Assembly (NCBI GenBank): GCA_011109175.1
Contig: RDEW01000043.1
Coordinates: forward strand, 186,001-250,000
Direction: 5' to 3'
DNA length: 64,000 nt
DNA from: Dicyema japonicum
Lineage: Eukaryota; Animalia; Dicyemida
Positions within the stretch are counted from its first letter, which is position 1, and each line of letters opens with the position of its first letter. The notes below the pieces were generated by a model that had not been told where the DNA came from, ran no database searches, and saw only the letters and a program-made list of their open reading frames with translations. This document shows positions 39,150-50,830 of this stretch, piece after piece. The position numbers and the translations under genes are program-made.

Positions 39150-40020
39150 CCTTCATCCGAAAGAAAATAGGATTATGGTCGCTCCGGAAGTCATAAATCA
39201 TAGACCAGTTATCAAGAGAAGCAATGTTAGGGTGGCAAGGGTCAAATCAGCTGAAGTCGTGTTGTCATAAGCTCTATAGGGTGTTCTTCTGTTCATCCGA
39301 TAGTCGTTAAAGATTATGAAGTTATCCAGTAGAGAAAAACGGAGATTTCCTCTGGCAGTTTGGTTTTTGTACCAGGTAGGGTGTTTTGCGTTGAGGTTGC
39401 CGCATATCAATAAATGTTGGTATTGGCGTAACATATTCAGGGGGAAGGTAAATTCCTTTTGGCAGGAGCTGGCAGAAAAGAATGACATGTTAGCAATTGT
39501 GATATTTCCCATTCTTGTGAGAATGGAGATCCCAATGTATTCCACGGGGGATGGAGGATGTAATATGATGGCGTTATTGTGTGTCTCACTTTTCACGAGA
39601 GTACTACCTCCTCCACGGCCAAACTGGCGGGTATTGGAGTGGGGGAAAAGTGTGTCAGTTTCGTATCCTGTAGGAGACACACGTCGACGTCGTATTTCTT
39701 TAAGAAATTCCTGAGTTTGATTATGTTTCCTTTTAATCCATTTATGTTGAGTTGGATGATGTAAAGAGATTTCACTGGTCCCGGTCTAAGTTTGATGTCT
39801 CCAGAGATGATTAAGAGCGTTTTTAACAGGTCGGATGAGTAGACTGAGAGAGCCGTCCAAGAGAGACATTCTTCTTGAATTGGGGTAAGCAAATGATTCT
39901 TTTTTACTGTGTGCATAATTCCACACTACCAAAAACGGCAAACCACATGACGTGCGCTAAAAACTGCTGTTTTTTCTTGGTTAGCTATACTCAGTTCTAT
40001 GATAGTTATGTCCGCCGAAT
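39150..40020 (-). mobile_element. 5' part of a single-ORF Vingi/Ingi-like LINE: leader, 2A-like motif, APE endonuclease
   Basis: LLIISGDIKLRPGP (39776-39817) directly followed by IIQLNINGL, VCLLQDTKL, LLICGNLNAKH and ADLTLAT. Confidence 0.8.
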
Positions 40021-40381
40021 ATTATTATTAATAGGAATTTCGAAAAAACAATAATTAATTAGAGTTTTTCTTGTACCACATATTTGTATAGCAGTATGAG
40101 TAGGACGGAATCATTTTATAGTCTTTTACTGAGACTTGGACGTATCTCAGACATTTTAGTCTCTTCAGTACTCGAATTTAATTTTCTGGGGGTAAATTCA
40201 CTCTATTATAGAATAATGAAGGTTGGAGATTCAATTTATTAATTGATATTGACTAGTTTCACAGTGGTTTGGTTTTGGTTCACGAAATATTAAGGAATTT
40301 ACATTATGAACTAACCTAGATTGAAATATCTAAGGAAATAGACGAGTAAGGTTATTTTAGAAATAGTTTAATGTTAGTTTA

Positions 40382-42600
40382 TTAAAATCCCCAAGCTCAG
40401 CGTAGGCCAGATCCAGATTGGAGGCAATCTCCTTGTAAATTTTCTTCTCAGACATCAATTCCTCTAAAAATAAGATTAAGTGTGTTAGTGGTTAACAGGA
40501 ATGATAAATTAGAATAATCCGGGAAACGAATAGTTAATTATTATAATGAATTAATGTCCGCCATTGTAGAATCAAACAATTCTTGCAGTTCTGACAACTT
40601 AGACTTTTCAGTTTTGAGAATTTCTGTTAATAAAAAGTACTGTACTCTCTAGACAGATCACTTCGCTCTCGAGTTTCTTTTTATGGTTAGAAAGAATCCC
40701 ATTTTCATTATTAGACTAAATTAGTGGTTAGAATGGTAAAGTTAGTGAGGATTTATGCAACCTTCCAATCTATCAATATCCTGCTGTCGCTTATTGGACA
40801 CTCTATCGCATTCCGCAGCTTTGTTTTCGCTCTTAATTATTAATTTTAACCAAATAAGCGCTATTGTTCGCATATACCTCATACAACTCTTCCCTCAACT
40901 TCTTTATCGTCGCCTCATATTCCCTCCTCTTTGTTGTAGGCCTAAAATATAGTCAATTGATTTGTTATAGAAACAGGACTAGTAAGGAGCCGTGTTAACA
41001 AGGAAAGGACTCGTTAGAACAGTACCTCATTACTACTAATTTCAAGGGACTTAAGATTATTCCCTACTACTTTTAGCTCTTCTTCTAACTGGATCACCTT
41101 ACTATAATACAAATAAATTTTGATCTCTCTATTAAAGGGAACCGCCGCGGCAAATTACACCACTAACCAGGTTTGACTGTGACTGCAATGCCTTGAGTTT
41201 TACTTCTGAGTCATGTAACTGTTCATTTGTGGTAAGGATTAGTCTGGATCTGCAAAAATACTACCTTTCTTTATTTTCTAGCATAGTTTCTAGTTTATCT
41301 AGAGAATTTTCCATTGTTTTGTTGCGGTTGTTTAACTAAAAGTAAGCGAGCAAATATAAAACACCACTGCTACACCCTGACCATGCGGCGGTTCCCGCAT
41401 TAAATTTACCTTTCAGCTAATTCAAGGCGAGATGTCGCTCTTTCCAAGTCCACTTCGGTCACCATGAGTTTCCGACAAGTCTTGGACTTAATAGAAAAAT
41501 AACCTCGTCGTATTTGTGGTCACTATCGTCGGCAGTCCATTTGACATCCCCCAACTGTTTTTCCAGAGTGAATATTCTCTCTTCATCGTTTGTGGTCCTC
41601 GTTTCAAGTACTTTACGGATTCTGCAAAAGAATTAAGGGTCAGAGTGTTAGCAGTGGTTTTACAAAGGAAATATTAATATACGATAATTATTTCGGTTTG
41701 AATCTCCTGGTATGATTGCTGCAAAGATTTGAAACCACTCTCCAGTTTTTCGTTTAAAATCTCCAGTTTTTCGTTTTTATCGTAGATTACCTTTCTATGA
41801 CTATGATTAGTAGGATTTAGGAGTTGGGAATTACCGCTCAGAATCCTCATATTTTTCAATGTACTCATTGAGTAGATCTGTCTTTTCTTTCAGAGTCGTA
41901 TCGATCGATTCATTGCTTTCATCTAGCATTTGAAGTCTTCTATTCAATGACTGAAGTTCTAATTCTTTCTAAAATAAATAAATCATGTTGTAATAATTAT
42001 TGACAGCAAAAATATATCACGCCAATACATCATAAAGATCTTTTTTTATAAGTTCATTTTCCTTATAAATATTATTAAATTTATCCTCAAATTCATTTCT
42101 CTCATTCTTTAGAGATTCTATCTTATTTTTTATATTTTCCATTGAACTAATTTGCAATTCAATTGATCTACATTTATTCGCAATCTATTGCATTTTAAAG
42201 ATTGGGTTAACCATGCAAAAAAACTAATTATTTTTTAATTTTAATAATAAAAAACAATTTAATAAAATTAACCTCGCTTTGTTCTTTTAAAACATCATTC
42301 AGTTTACTTGAGACCTCGTTATACTTTTGGTCAAGATTTTCGAATTCAATATTCAAACATTTTTCCCGCTTAATTATAGCAGCAATTTCATCATCTTTCT
42401 AAAAAACCCAGATTAAATTAAAATTAAATAAAAATCAAATAATAATAAATCATATATTACTTATAAATTACCTCTTTCAACTGTTGTTCCAAAACCTCAA
42501 CTTTCGATTCAAGTTGATCTGCATTTTCTAGACATTCTTCCTTTTGCTGCTTAATTTCCAGAATTTTCTTTTTAAGAGAATTTAAAGTTGCCTCAGCCAT
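40382..42600 (-). CDS. Tpm: Tropomyosin with duplicated, mutually exclusive exons. Canonical set: 42600-42472, 42398-42273, 41968-41835, 41621-41504, 41480-41410, 41101-41026, 40941-40878, 40831-40762, 40463-40382. Divergent set: 42214-42212 plus 42184-42029, 41968-41835, 41800-41683, 41335-41265, 41243-41168, 40941-40878, 40715-40646, 40623-40541
   Basis: Exon lengths 126/134/118/71/76/64/70/82-83 nt and phases match the classical tropomyosin layout (exon 7 is +1 nt and the last exon -1 nt versus 63 and 83). Peptides SLNRRLQ, RKVLETR..NDEERI, RKLMVTEVDLERA, LEEELKVVGNNLKSLEIS. Confidence 0.92.
41137..41167 (-). promoter_or_regulatory. Intronic element Y (intron 6a-6b), perfect 12-bp complement of X2
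   Basis: 41137-41148 (GGGAACCGCCGC) and 41385-41396 (GCGGCGGTTCCC) are exact inverted repeats. Confidence 0.72.
41364..41400 (-). promoter_or_regulatory. Intronic switch element X (intron 5a-5b): X2 GGGAACCGCCGC, X1, and local hairpin ATGCGG/CCGCAT
   Basis: GC-rich island in an AT-rich intron; complementary to both U and Y. Confidence 0.7.
41638..41661 (-). promoter_or_regulatory. Intronic element U (intron 4a-4b), complementary to X1 (41364-41382)
   Basis: Transcript AAAACCACTGCTAACACTCTGACC pairs with GGTCAGGGTGTAGCAGTGGT (about 20 bp, one bulge, one G-U); contains a CTAAC branch-point-like motif. Confidence 0.7.
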
Positions 42601-42899
42601 AGTTAAATCGTACTAATCGTTCAATCCTTTATACAATTTATAACGTTTTAGTTTGATAGGTAATTATGATTATTGACATTCATTGCGTTCTCTATAATGG
42701 AAATCTGTCATCATTTCTTCTGTCAATTGAGGCCATATTATTATTTTCTGTTTTAATATTTTCAACCCGATTGGATTCAAACATGATTTATCCTATCTCT
42801 ACTGAGTCTATTATCGATGTTTTGTGAGTCATTTATTTGCCTCATTATAGGGTGGCAACATGAACCGATCAACATATTTTTCCATTTTATTACGTCATC

Positions 42900-43330
42900 A
42901 CTTTTCGAATAACTTAGAAAAACTTTCTATTTTACATCTCAAAATTAAAGTCATCAATTCGAATATCATGGAGCAACATACAATCATTTATAATACTGAA
43001 GTAGTCGTTATTCAAGAAAGCAAACTCAATTCGTTATCCTCAACCCCAATCTTCTCCAATTATATCGAGAAATAAACGTCTTTGATGTTGTGGCGAAATA
43101 CTGATTATTATCAAAAACCAAATATCATCCACAGACATTACTACACGTGTAAATATTCTATTTTGAGAAAATAGAACAACAGATCACCCAATTTTTTACT
43201 TCCAAGGCTCTGTCTGGAAATCTTATTATCTTTCTAAAAAACTGGTGATTTTCAATCATCACACCTGGAGACCAAACAGGGTGTAACGATAACCCTACTT
43301 TCGTGTATCTGCTCACATAAGATTTTACTA
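42900..43330 (+). mobile_element. Degenerate APE endonuclease fragment (Vingi-like)
   Basis: EVVVIQESKL..STP, compare VCLLQDTKL..SPTP at 39600-39700. Confidence 0.5.
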
Positions 43331-43729
43331 AAATTATCTGGAGTGTTTATTACTAGTTTCCTGTTGTGGTTAAACTCAATAAGTAAACGCCCATATGAAT
43401 AACCTAACCATCAAGAACTAAATGACTGTGCTATTGCTTTTCGACTGGAAGCTATGGATTTAAATCACGCTTATTAACTTCATAGTGTTTTGTTATTTGG
43501 TGAGAGTCGGTTTGCACCTCGAGCAACCTATAAGTTAATAAATCCGGCCATTGGTTCAAAAACTCATCCAAAAGAGACGACCTTGCTCTAGTTCAATAAT
43601 TTGATTAGTGGACACCTTATTACTTTCACATACAAGGTAGCGACAGAACTCCACTTTTCTTGGAAAACTTGAAACCTGGTTGGAGTCGAATCGATTGTCT
43701 TTTTAGAAATTTTCCTATACGATTTTCCA

Positions 43730-46700
43730 CCAATATCGAATCGACACGCTACTCGTTGTGGTGCTAAGACGAAAGAAAAGAAAAGAAAGGAAATACAGAA
43801 AAGAACATGCAGAAAACTAATTAGGCCAAGTCTGACTCTGTTCATTGTCCATCTATGGATCACGTTACATTCGAAGAAATACTACTTTTACATGCGAGAT
43901 CGAAAGAGCAGTGCGTGTCTTGTGGATATTGCAACGCGAAGAAGTACGAGTTGAATTGCACATCGTGCGGAAGATTTTTCCATCTCGGGTGTATCCGAAT
44001 GTCGAAATTGGCTGCATCTTTACAAATGGGACTGCGCATACTGTATGGATGCCGATACCGCTCGGTGCCGTCATCCGGCTGAATTAAGTCATCCCTCTTA
44101 TTCTTATTCTGGACAAATCGAACCCTTTTTGTTATGCCTATCGGAGAGTCGGAAAGGTAGACGGATTCCACTGACAATACCAAAAGCCGCTCGAATTTTC
44201 GCTGCTGAATGCCTCACGTCATTAATTTATAAAGCCATCAGTACCAGCGACCAGGCCTCTTGGATACGTCTACTGAGCTTTGCACCTATGACCCTAGGAA
44301 TTTCTGCCTCAGAGCAAGCTCGCAACGGATCACTGGCCTCAAAAATCAAGAACTTCTGCCTTTTTGGCCACTTCAACGCAGCAAGACTCAGGAATCGAGC
44401 CTGAGCAAGTTCTTCGGCGTAAACAGTTGTCTACAGAAGCTGGGAGTAAACAGGAAGATTCTAAAACATTTCAAAGAGAGTGAACCGAAAACTGATGGAA
44501 GGGGACGTTCGCGCAGCTGTAAGAGTAGTGTCTTTTGACGAATCACTGTTGAAGCCGTGCCGAGAAGTCTTGGAGTTACTGAGAAGAAAGCACCCTGCTT
44601 CACCATCGAACTAGCGGAACTTGAAAATGCCAGAAGACCTCCCGGCATTTACTCCCACGGAATTTGAAGTAGTGCGGAATAAAGTCTTTTGTTCCCAGTA
44701 GCTTCTGAGGTCTGGACGGACTGCGCCCAAGCCATGTAAAGGACTTAACCTCCGAAGCTACTGCTGAAGCAGGCCGTGCATTGCTAACGTCTATCATCTT
44801 GCTGCTCACTCGAATAGTTAATGGTGATAATCCAAAATTTGCTAGAGATCTTCTTTTTGTGGACATCTATTGGCATTCCGAAAAGGAGATGGAGGTGTCC
44901 GTCCAATTGCGATCGGTACAGACTGTCGAAGGCTTGCTGCTAAAATCGCTGCCCGGAGAGTCTCCACAATTGCTGAAGAGCTGTCCGACTCAACTTGGTG
45001 GGAGTGACGGTGGTTGCGAGGCAGCAGTCCACACCGAGGATTTACTTCAACAACAATAATTCCAGACCCAAAGGCTAGGCCTGAAGCTTGATATATCAAA
45101 TGCTTTCAACTCGCTGGGGAGAAACTGAATTTTGGAAACCTGTTGGCAAAGAGCTCCAAAAGTTGGCTGACTAGTAAACCTATCGTATGGGACGGACTCA
45201 GCCTTAGTATACGGAAGCGATATCGTTTATTCACGCACAGGCATTTAGCAGGAGACCCTCTAGGCCTTTGCCATTTGCAATGACAATTGACACAGTGGCA
45301 CAAAACATAAACAACGAACTCAACCTGTGGTACTTGGACGACGCCACAATAGACGGCCCATGAGAGAATGTATATCAGGATATTTCTTCAACCATTCTAG
45401 CTCTAAATCAATTGGGTTTAAGTGTCAATGTTATGAAATCGGAACTGATCAATTTTTCCTGCTCATCTCCTATCTTTTCTACTGCCAAGAATTCAGATTC
45501 CTACTTCCAGGTTTCAGCATATCTTCCTTGGACAAGGCACTATTCCTTCGAATGCTCTCTCGGAAACGACGAGCTGAAAAAAGCCTTACCAGTAAGGATA
45601 AGGAAGTTGAAGCCTCTACAAATAGGGTATCATTTTGGATCCACATGTGTCTTACTTTTGCTCAAGAAATGTATTTCAATGTCGAAGATGATGTACATTT
45701 TGAGATGTTCACCCTGTTTTGAACACCGTAGAGCACTATTGTCGGCTGATGGGACTCTGAGACGATCGGCGGAGTCAATACTGAATCTCAAATTCGATGA
45801 TCTGGACTGGACAATGTGCAAACTACCTGCGAGAAATGGGGCATTAGGTTAAGATTCCCCCCCCCCTGAGCCGCCCAGCATGACTACTTATCATCCTTTG
45901 CGAGTTGCAGTCGATTGGTTTAAGCAGTCATACGTAACGCTATCGGACATACTTGGACTCGGAGCTTGATAGAGTTAGCTCGTTGTGGGGAAAGTTGGCT
46001 TTGAATTCTTGTCGAACTTTGTTTGCCAGAAGAGTTGGGACTCAATTGCATTTATGAGCATTCTGGAGGCTGCGAAGACATGCGCCAACCAACACCGACT
46101 AGCAAACATTAAGTCGGCCGCACATCGTGGAAATGTAGTCTGGCTCGCGCCCCTACCGTGCCCACATCTGGGAACTTTTCTTGACGAAAACACATGAGGA
46201 TCGTGGTGGCACTGCACCTAGGAGTGTACATATGTCGGAGACACAAATGACGTTGCGGCTGGGACGTTGATACGAAGGACTTACATCCACTCTCTTGCCG
46301 ACGAAGTGCTGGTCGAGCCCCGCGTCACGCAGCACTCAATGATATCATTTTTCGAGTTCAAGGCGCGGGATTTCGGCCCAATTGGAACTTTGGGCTTAGA
46401 CAGAGGCGACGGGAAGAGGCCGGATGGCATGACGTAATTCTCATACTCCCACAGGAAAATCACTCGTCTGGGACGCAACGTGTGTGGACACCTTCTCAGA
46501 AGCCAGATTGCTGACGGCGACGCACTCTCTTGGAGACGCAGCCGACCGGGCGGAGGCAAGAAGATCCGTTAATACGAATCCCTCGGAGGCCATAACATTT
46601 CACCCTCATTGCTGTGGAGACAACTGGAACCGTGGGAACGAAAACGAATGCCTTTCTCTCCAGCATTAAAAACAAACTCGTCTCAAAAAGGTGTGAGCTA

Positions 46701-46790
46701 CGGGAGAGGCTCTGGTTGAAGCAGAGGCTCAAAATGGCGATTTTCATAGGTAGTGTCTTCGCCATTTTGTCGTCCTAGTTATTTATAATT
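43730..46790 (+). mobile_element. Near full-length, disrupted PHD-CRE element
   Basis: Leader shared with 15125; PHD CVSCGYC..CTSCGRFFHLGC; TIPKAARI; GSDGGCEAAVH; WYLDD; CRRS; KRPDG; many indels. Confidence 0.88.
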
Positions 46791-46999
46791 TTAAAAATAA
46801 ATTCTCTTCAATTTAAAAAAATCGAAGGGAGATTCGAAAGTTATGTTAAGCTTTTCCATAAAACTGGAACCCTAAATATTGAGAGTAACGTTTGATGGAT
46901 TTTTATCATTCTTCCGCCATGTTGAATTTTTTATTAGCGGACTTTAATTCGTCGCAGAAATGTTCGACTCTTTTATACAATCACACTTTTTAAGCTTTT

Positions 47000-48650
47000 T
47001 AAGCTTCTACCGGGTATGTTGATTCCATTTGGAAACAGTAGGATCTCGTAGTTCCCCGTAGATACTCTCCCATGCACTAGAAATCATCGGCGTGTGCATG
47101 TGTGGTATTAGACAATCAAAGTCGTATATATTGAATCGACTTGTTACATCCCCGAAGATTTCATCGAACAGTTTATTATTAAGATATGCCTTCCCTCCAT
47201 CCGAATGACTATAGCCAATGTTTACATTCCTACTTCATCTTCTTGTCCTCGTGGTTATCAACCTGATCATTTCACACGACTAGAAGTCTCTATCTGTGGA
47301 AACAAAGAGCCCCTTCTATAAACCAACAACTGGTCCAAAGAGGTTCACTTATATCAGATAACATAGAAGACTTATTAATCCTTAATTATCCAAAAAACAT
47401 ACGAGGACGCAATCCTGTAGCTTTGAACTTCTTCACAGTTGATTGGCTATTAGATTTATCAACAAAGTAATTTTGAAACCCTCAAAAGTTCATACGAGCT
47501 TTCATTGAGTTAGTTTTTTGAATCCTAAATTAATCTTCACAAAGAGGAAGGTTTTTATCTTATCGTGGGTATCTAACCCGATGAAATTTTAGGAAACTTT
47601 GCCAATTTGAGCAAAGCTCGCTGGGTTCCATGAGGTATTCCATTATTGGTGAGACGTTTCGTCTTATCCGTATAATGTAGGAGTCTATTTCGATGATAAT
47701 ACTATTCTAAGGCATCAGTTTTGTACAGTTTCTCTCCGCCAATGGGGACAATCTATGCTGTAAGAGCGTACTCAATGATCGATAAACAAATTATTTTTAA
47801 AGAAGTTCCAATGAAGGATAGTAAATACCGGAAGCTATGTTGGAAGAATGGCGGCAGGAATAATCGTCATAAGAAATATCCTTTAAGTGCACCTTTGAGA
47901 GAATTCACTTCAGAAAGATCAGACGATATGAGGATGTTATTCTTGGATGTGCCTGTCACAACTGTATCTTATCTTGTGTCCCAAGTGCTTCATGTAACTT
48001 GATTTAGCCTCACATAATTTAATGAGCTTGTTAGTGAGTTTTTTGTGTATTATTTGATGGAGAACCATCCCCATCTTCGAGATGTGTTTTAAAATCTTTT
48101 AGAAAAAGTTGAATGAACTCTTGTGATCAAGGAATCTATTTTCGTTTATTTTTAGTATCTGTGGAGGTGTTTAGTTGATTTATAGTCAAATGAATTTGCA
48201 CCATACGTTTTTGATCATCATATTCCTTTTCTTTATGAAAGTGACCGAGTGAACTTAGTCTCTGATTGAAGTCCTTGTACGGAGATAGAGCATGAATAGT
48301 TTTTTTCCGTTCTGAAGATGACCCTGCTAAGCATATTTCTTGCTTTTATTCGTGATATCCGTCACCCACATCCCAGAAAGAGGAGTCCACGTACTTAGTG
48401 AGATCGATAGTAATTAAAGTAGAGAATAACTTAATATGAGCGGACTAACGGATAGCCTTTAAAATATTATGTGAGGATTTTTATAGTTTGTGTCTTGGAT
48501 TACCGCAATGTCGACTTTGTGATAAGACATAAAACTCCAAACTTGACCAGGGAGGAAAAAAACCGGGTTATGTTCTAGGTAACCACAAGTACAGTCTGGA
48601 GAAACGGGAAGGAAGGGAGCCATTTCATACATTGAAAAGGAGAGAATGAT
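47000..48650 (-). mobile_element. Highly degenerate non-LTR (probably R4-like) remnant
   Basis: Scattered RT-like fragments on the minus strand and no coherent ORF; weak call. Confidence 0.35.
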
Positions 48651-48747
48651 AATTTTTCATGCCTAATGAGCGCCAGTACGTTAGGAAAACTCAATTTCAA
48701 CATAAATATGTAAATTAATAAATAACACATACAAAAACAACATAAAG

Positions 48748-49236
48748 TCATGTCTTTTTTGAATTATTAATAATCTTTCCAAGCCCAGCATAGGTTCTTT
48801 CAAACTCCAATGCAGAACTGATCCCCTGTTCTTGTTTTCCCAGTCCCTGACCTTTCTTATATCCCATTTTCTCCATTATTCTGCTGGCGACACTGCAACT
48901 CCCCTTGGTTGCCTTTGGGGTAAAAACATGGCTAAAAGTCAATTAACCCTACAAAACTTATTATCGTTGACGAAAGGAAGAGAATATTCTTTCGCCTTGA
49001 AATGAGGAGAATTTGTAATCGGTTTTCCATCTTCGGATGTTAAATTTAAATACTTTTTATGCCAGTTTTCTGTTTGATAATGTCATGCGTAAGCTTCAAA
49101 TAATCATTTGGGTAGAGTGGGTCATATTCGTCATCAAGAGTATCTGAAGCACTCAATACAGTCTAAAATGGCGTAAAATACATACTTTTGAAAAATCATT
49201 AGGTATTAAGTCCTCACTCCAACGAGTAGTCGACAT
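48748..49236 (-). CDS. RBM17: SPF45/RBM17-like splicing factor (SPF45 motif and G-patch), 4 exons, about 139 aa
   Basis: DEYDPLYPNDY (human DEYDPMFPNDY); VASRIMEKMGYKKGQGLGKQEQGISSALEFERT..GKII G-patch; introns of 23, 23 and 26 nt; TGA directly after the G-patch. Confidence 0.82.
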
Positions 49237-50469
49237 CACAAAAAGTAATCACAAAAAGTAATCACAAAAAATTCAAAAATTTAAACTTTGTAAATTAATT
49301 TATTTTTAAGTTTAAAATAATTAATAAAAAGAATGTTAATCACTGAAATTCAGTTATTATATTAAAAAAAATTTAGTTAACTTCAGTCGGATCGGGTGAA
49401 TGATCGAGTGTGTCACGTGAGACTGGATGGCTTCGAAAGCGTATTTAAATAGCCATCGTCAGAGGAAACAGCATGGCCATTCAAGTATCCTAACTTTTAA
49501 TTTTTTAACATATAAACTATCAAAATATATCCAAGGCAATTTTAATTTGGCGTTATGTAGTTCATTAACTCTGCAAGTTTTGGTAACGCCCTGAGGGCAT
49601 TTAATGCGCTCGGAGGAAAACAAATTGCTTCTTCCCTCGGGGAAGTTACTCGCTACCAGACGACACGCTCATAGCAAGGCTTCAACCTCAGGAAAAACTC
49701 AATAGCCAGGCAAAAGAGCAGATCGGCTACTGTGCTACAATTTAACGTTATTGGAATATAGGATCCTGGAACTATGCTTGATATATGTAAGCATAACATT
49801 AATATTTAACTTTTCCGAGAGATAAAACTCACTACAAATAGTTCTACATTCAAGGAATTGCAGACTGAGTATCATGAAATGGTCCCTAATTGGGAGAATT
49901 TTTGATTCCAGTGAAAATGGTCAGTTGGTGTATTTTTAGCCATTTGGTAATTATTATTAGAGCAGAGATGTGAATTTATTTTTTAGATGTTTGTTATTTA
50001 TAAATATGGAGCCCTTACAGTAACAGATAAGTTCATCGTTGTTCTGATAAATTGTTTGTAGATAATCGTCAATCACCCTGCTCTATCGCAATGACGTACC
50101 CGCCACGGCTCGGAGTAAGATGAGCTTCTGTGATTTTTTCGCATACATATGAAACATGTTTTGAAAATGATAAGGAAATATCAAATATCACATAAAGTAT
50201 TTACGGTTTTTAATCACATGAAAGATAGCTTTTTTATTTTCTATTTTTTTATAAATAATATTTGTTCCAAGTTGAATTGAAGGTCTGAAGTGAAAAGCTT
50301 TACTAATGACTAAGGCGATTTTTTGCCATAAATGCCATTTTTAGAGGAAGAGTAATTTTTATTAATGAGTTAAATTATATAAAAATTTATTTAAAATGTT
50401 TTATCTTTACGAAGTTATAGATGCCATTTTTGCTATTTTTGATTTTAAATGGCATAATTCATTTCACTT

Positions 50470-50830
50470 TCTATCCTGCCTGAGGAGTGCTAGAGGGAGT
50501 CCTAGACACGCCGCAATCAATGGAGTTATTGCTTGGGGACTTGAGGCTGCCGGATTTCCTGTCCAATTGGAACCCCTTGGACTTGCTCAAGCCAACTGAA
50601 GACCGGACAGAACCACTCTCTTCCCATCGGAAAGTGGTAAATACCTTGCCTGGGACGCCACCTGTGTCGATAATTCTCTCCCTCCAACCTTTCAACGACA
50701 GCAACTGACCCAGGCTCTGCTTCGGAGAAGGATTTTAACACAAGCACGCAGTGGAAGAGGTTGATTTTCTTTTCACATTTGTTTAAAAACATTTCCCACG
50801 TGGCGTGAGAAAGTCATAATGGGTGTCAAA
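50470..50830 (+). mobile_element. CRE-like RLE fragment
   Basis: SARGSPRHAAINGVIAWGLEAAGFPVQLEPLGL. Confidence 0.75.

Noticed and set aside
49235-49272. Three tandem ATCACAAAAA(GTA) units at the SPF45-like start
   Set aside because: A short 13-bp slippage-type repeat with no copy at other genes of the window.
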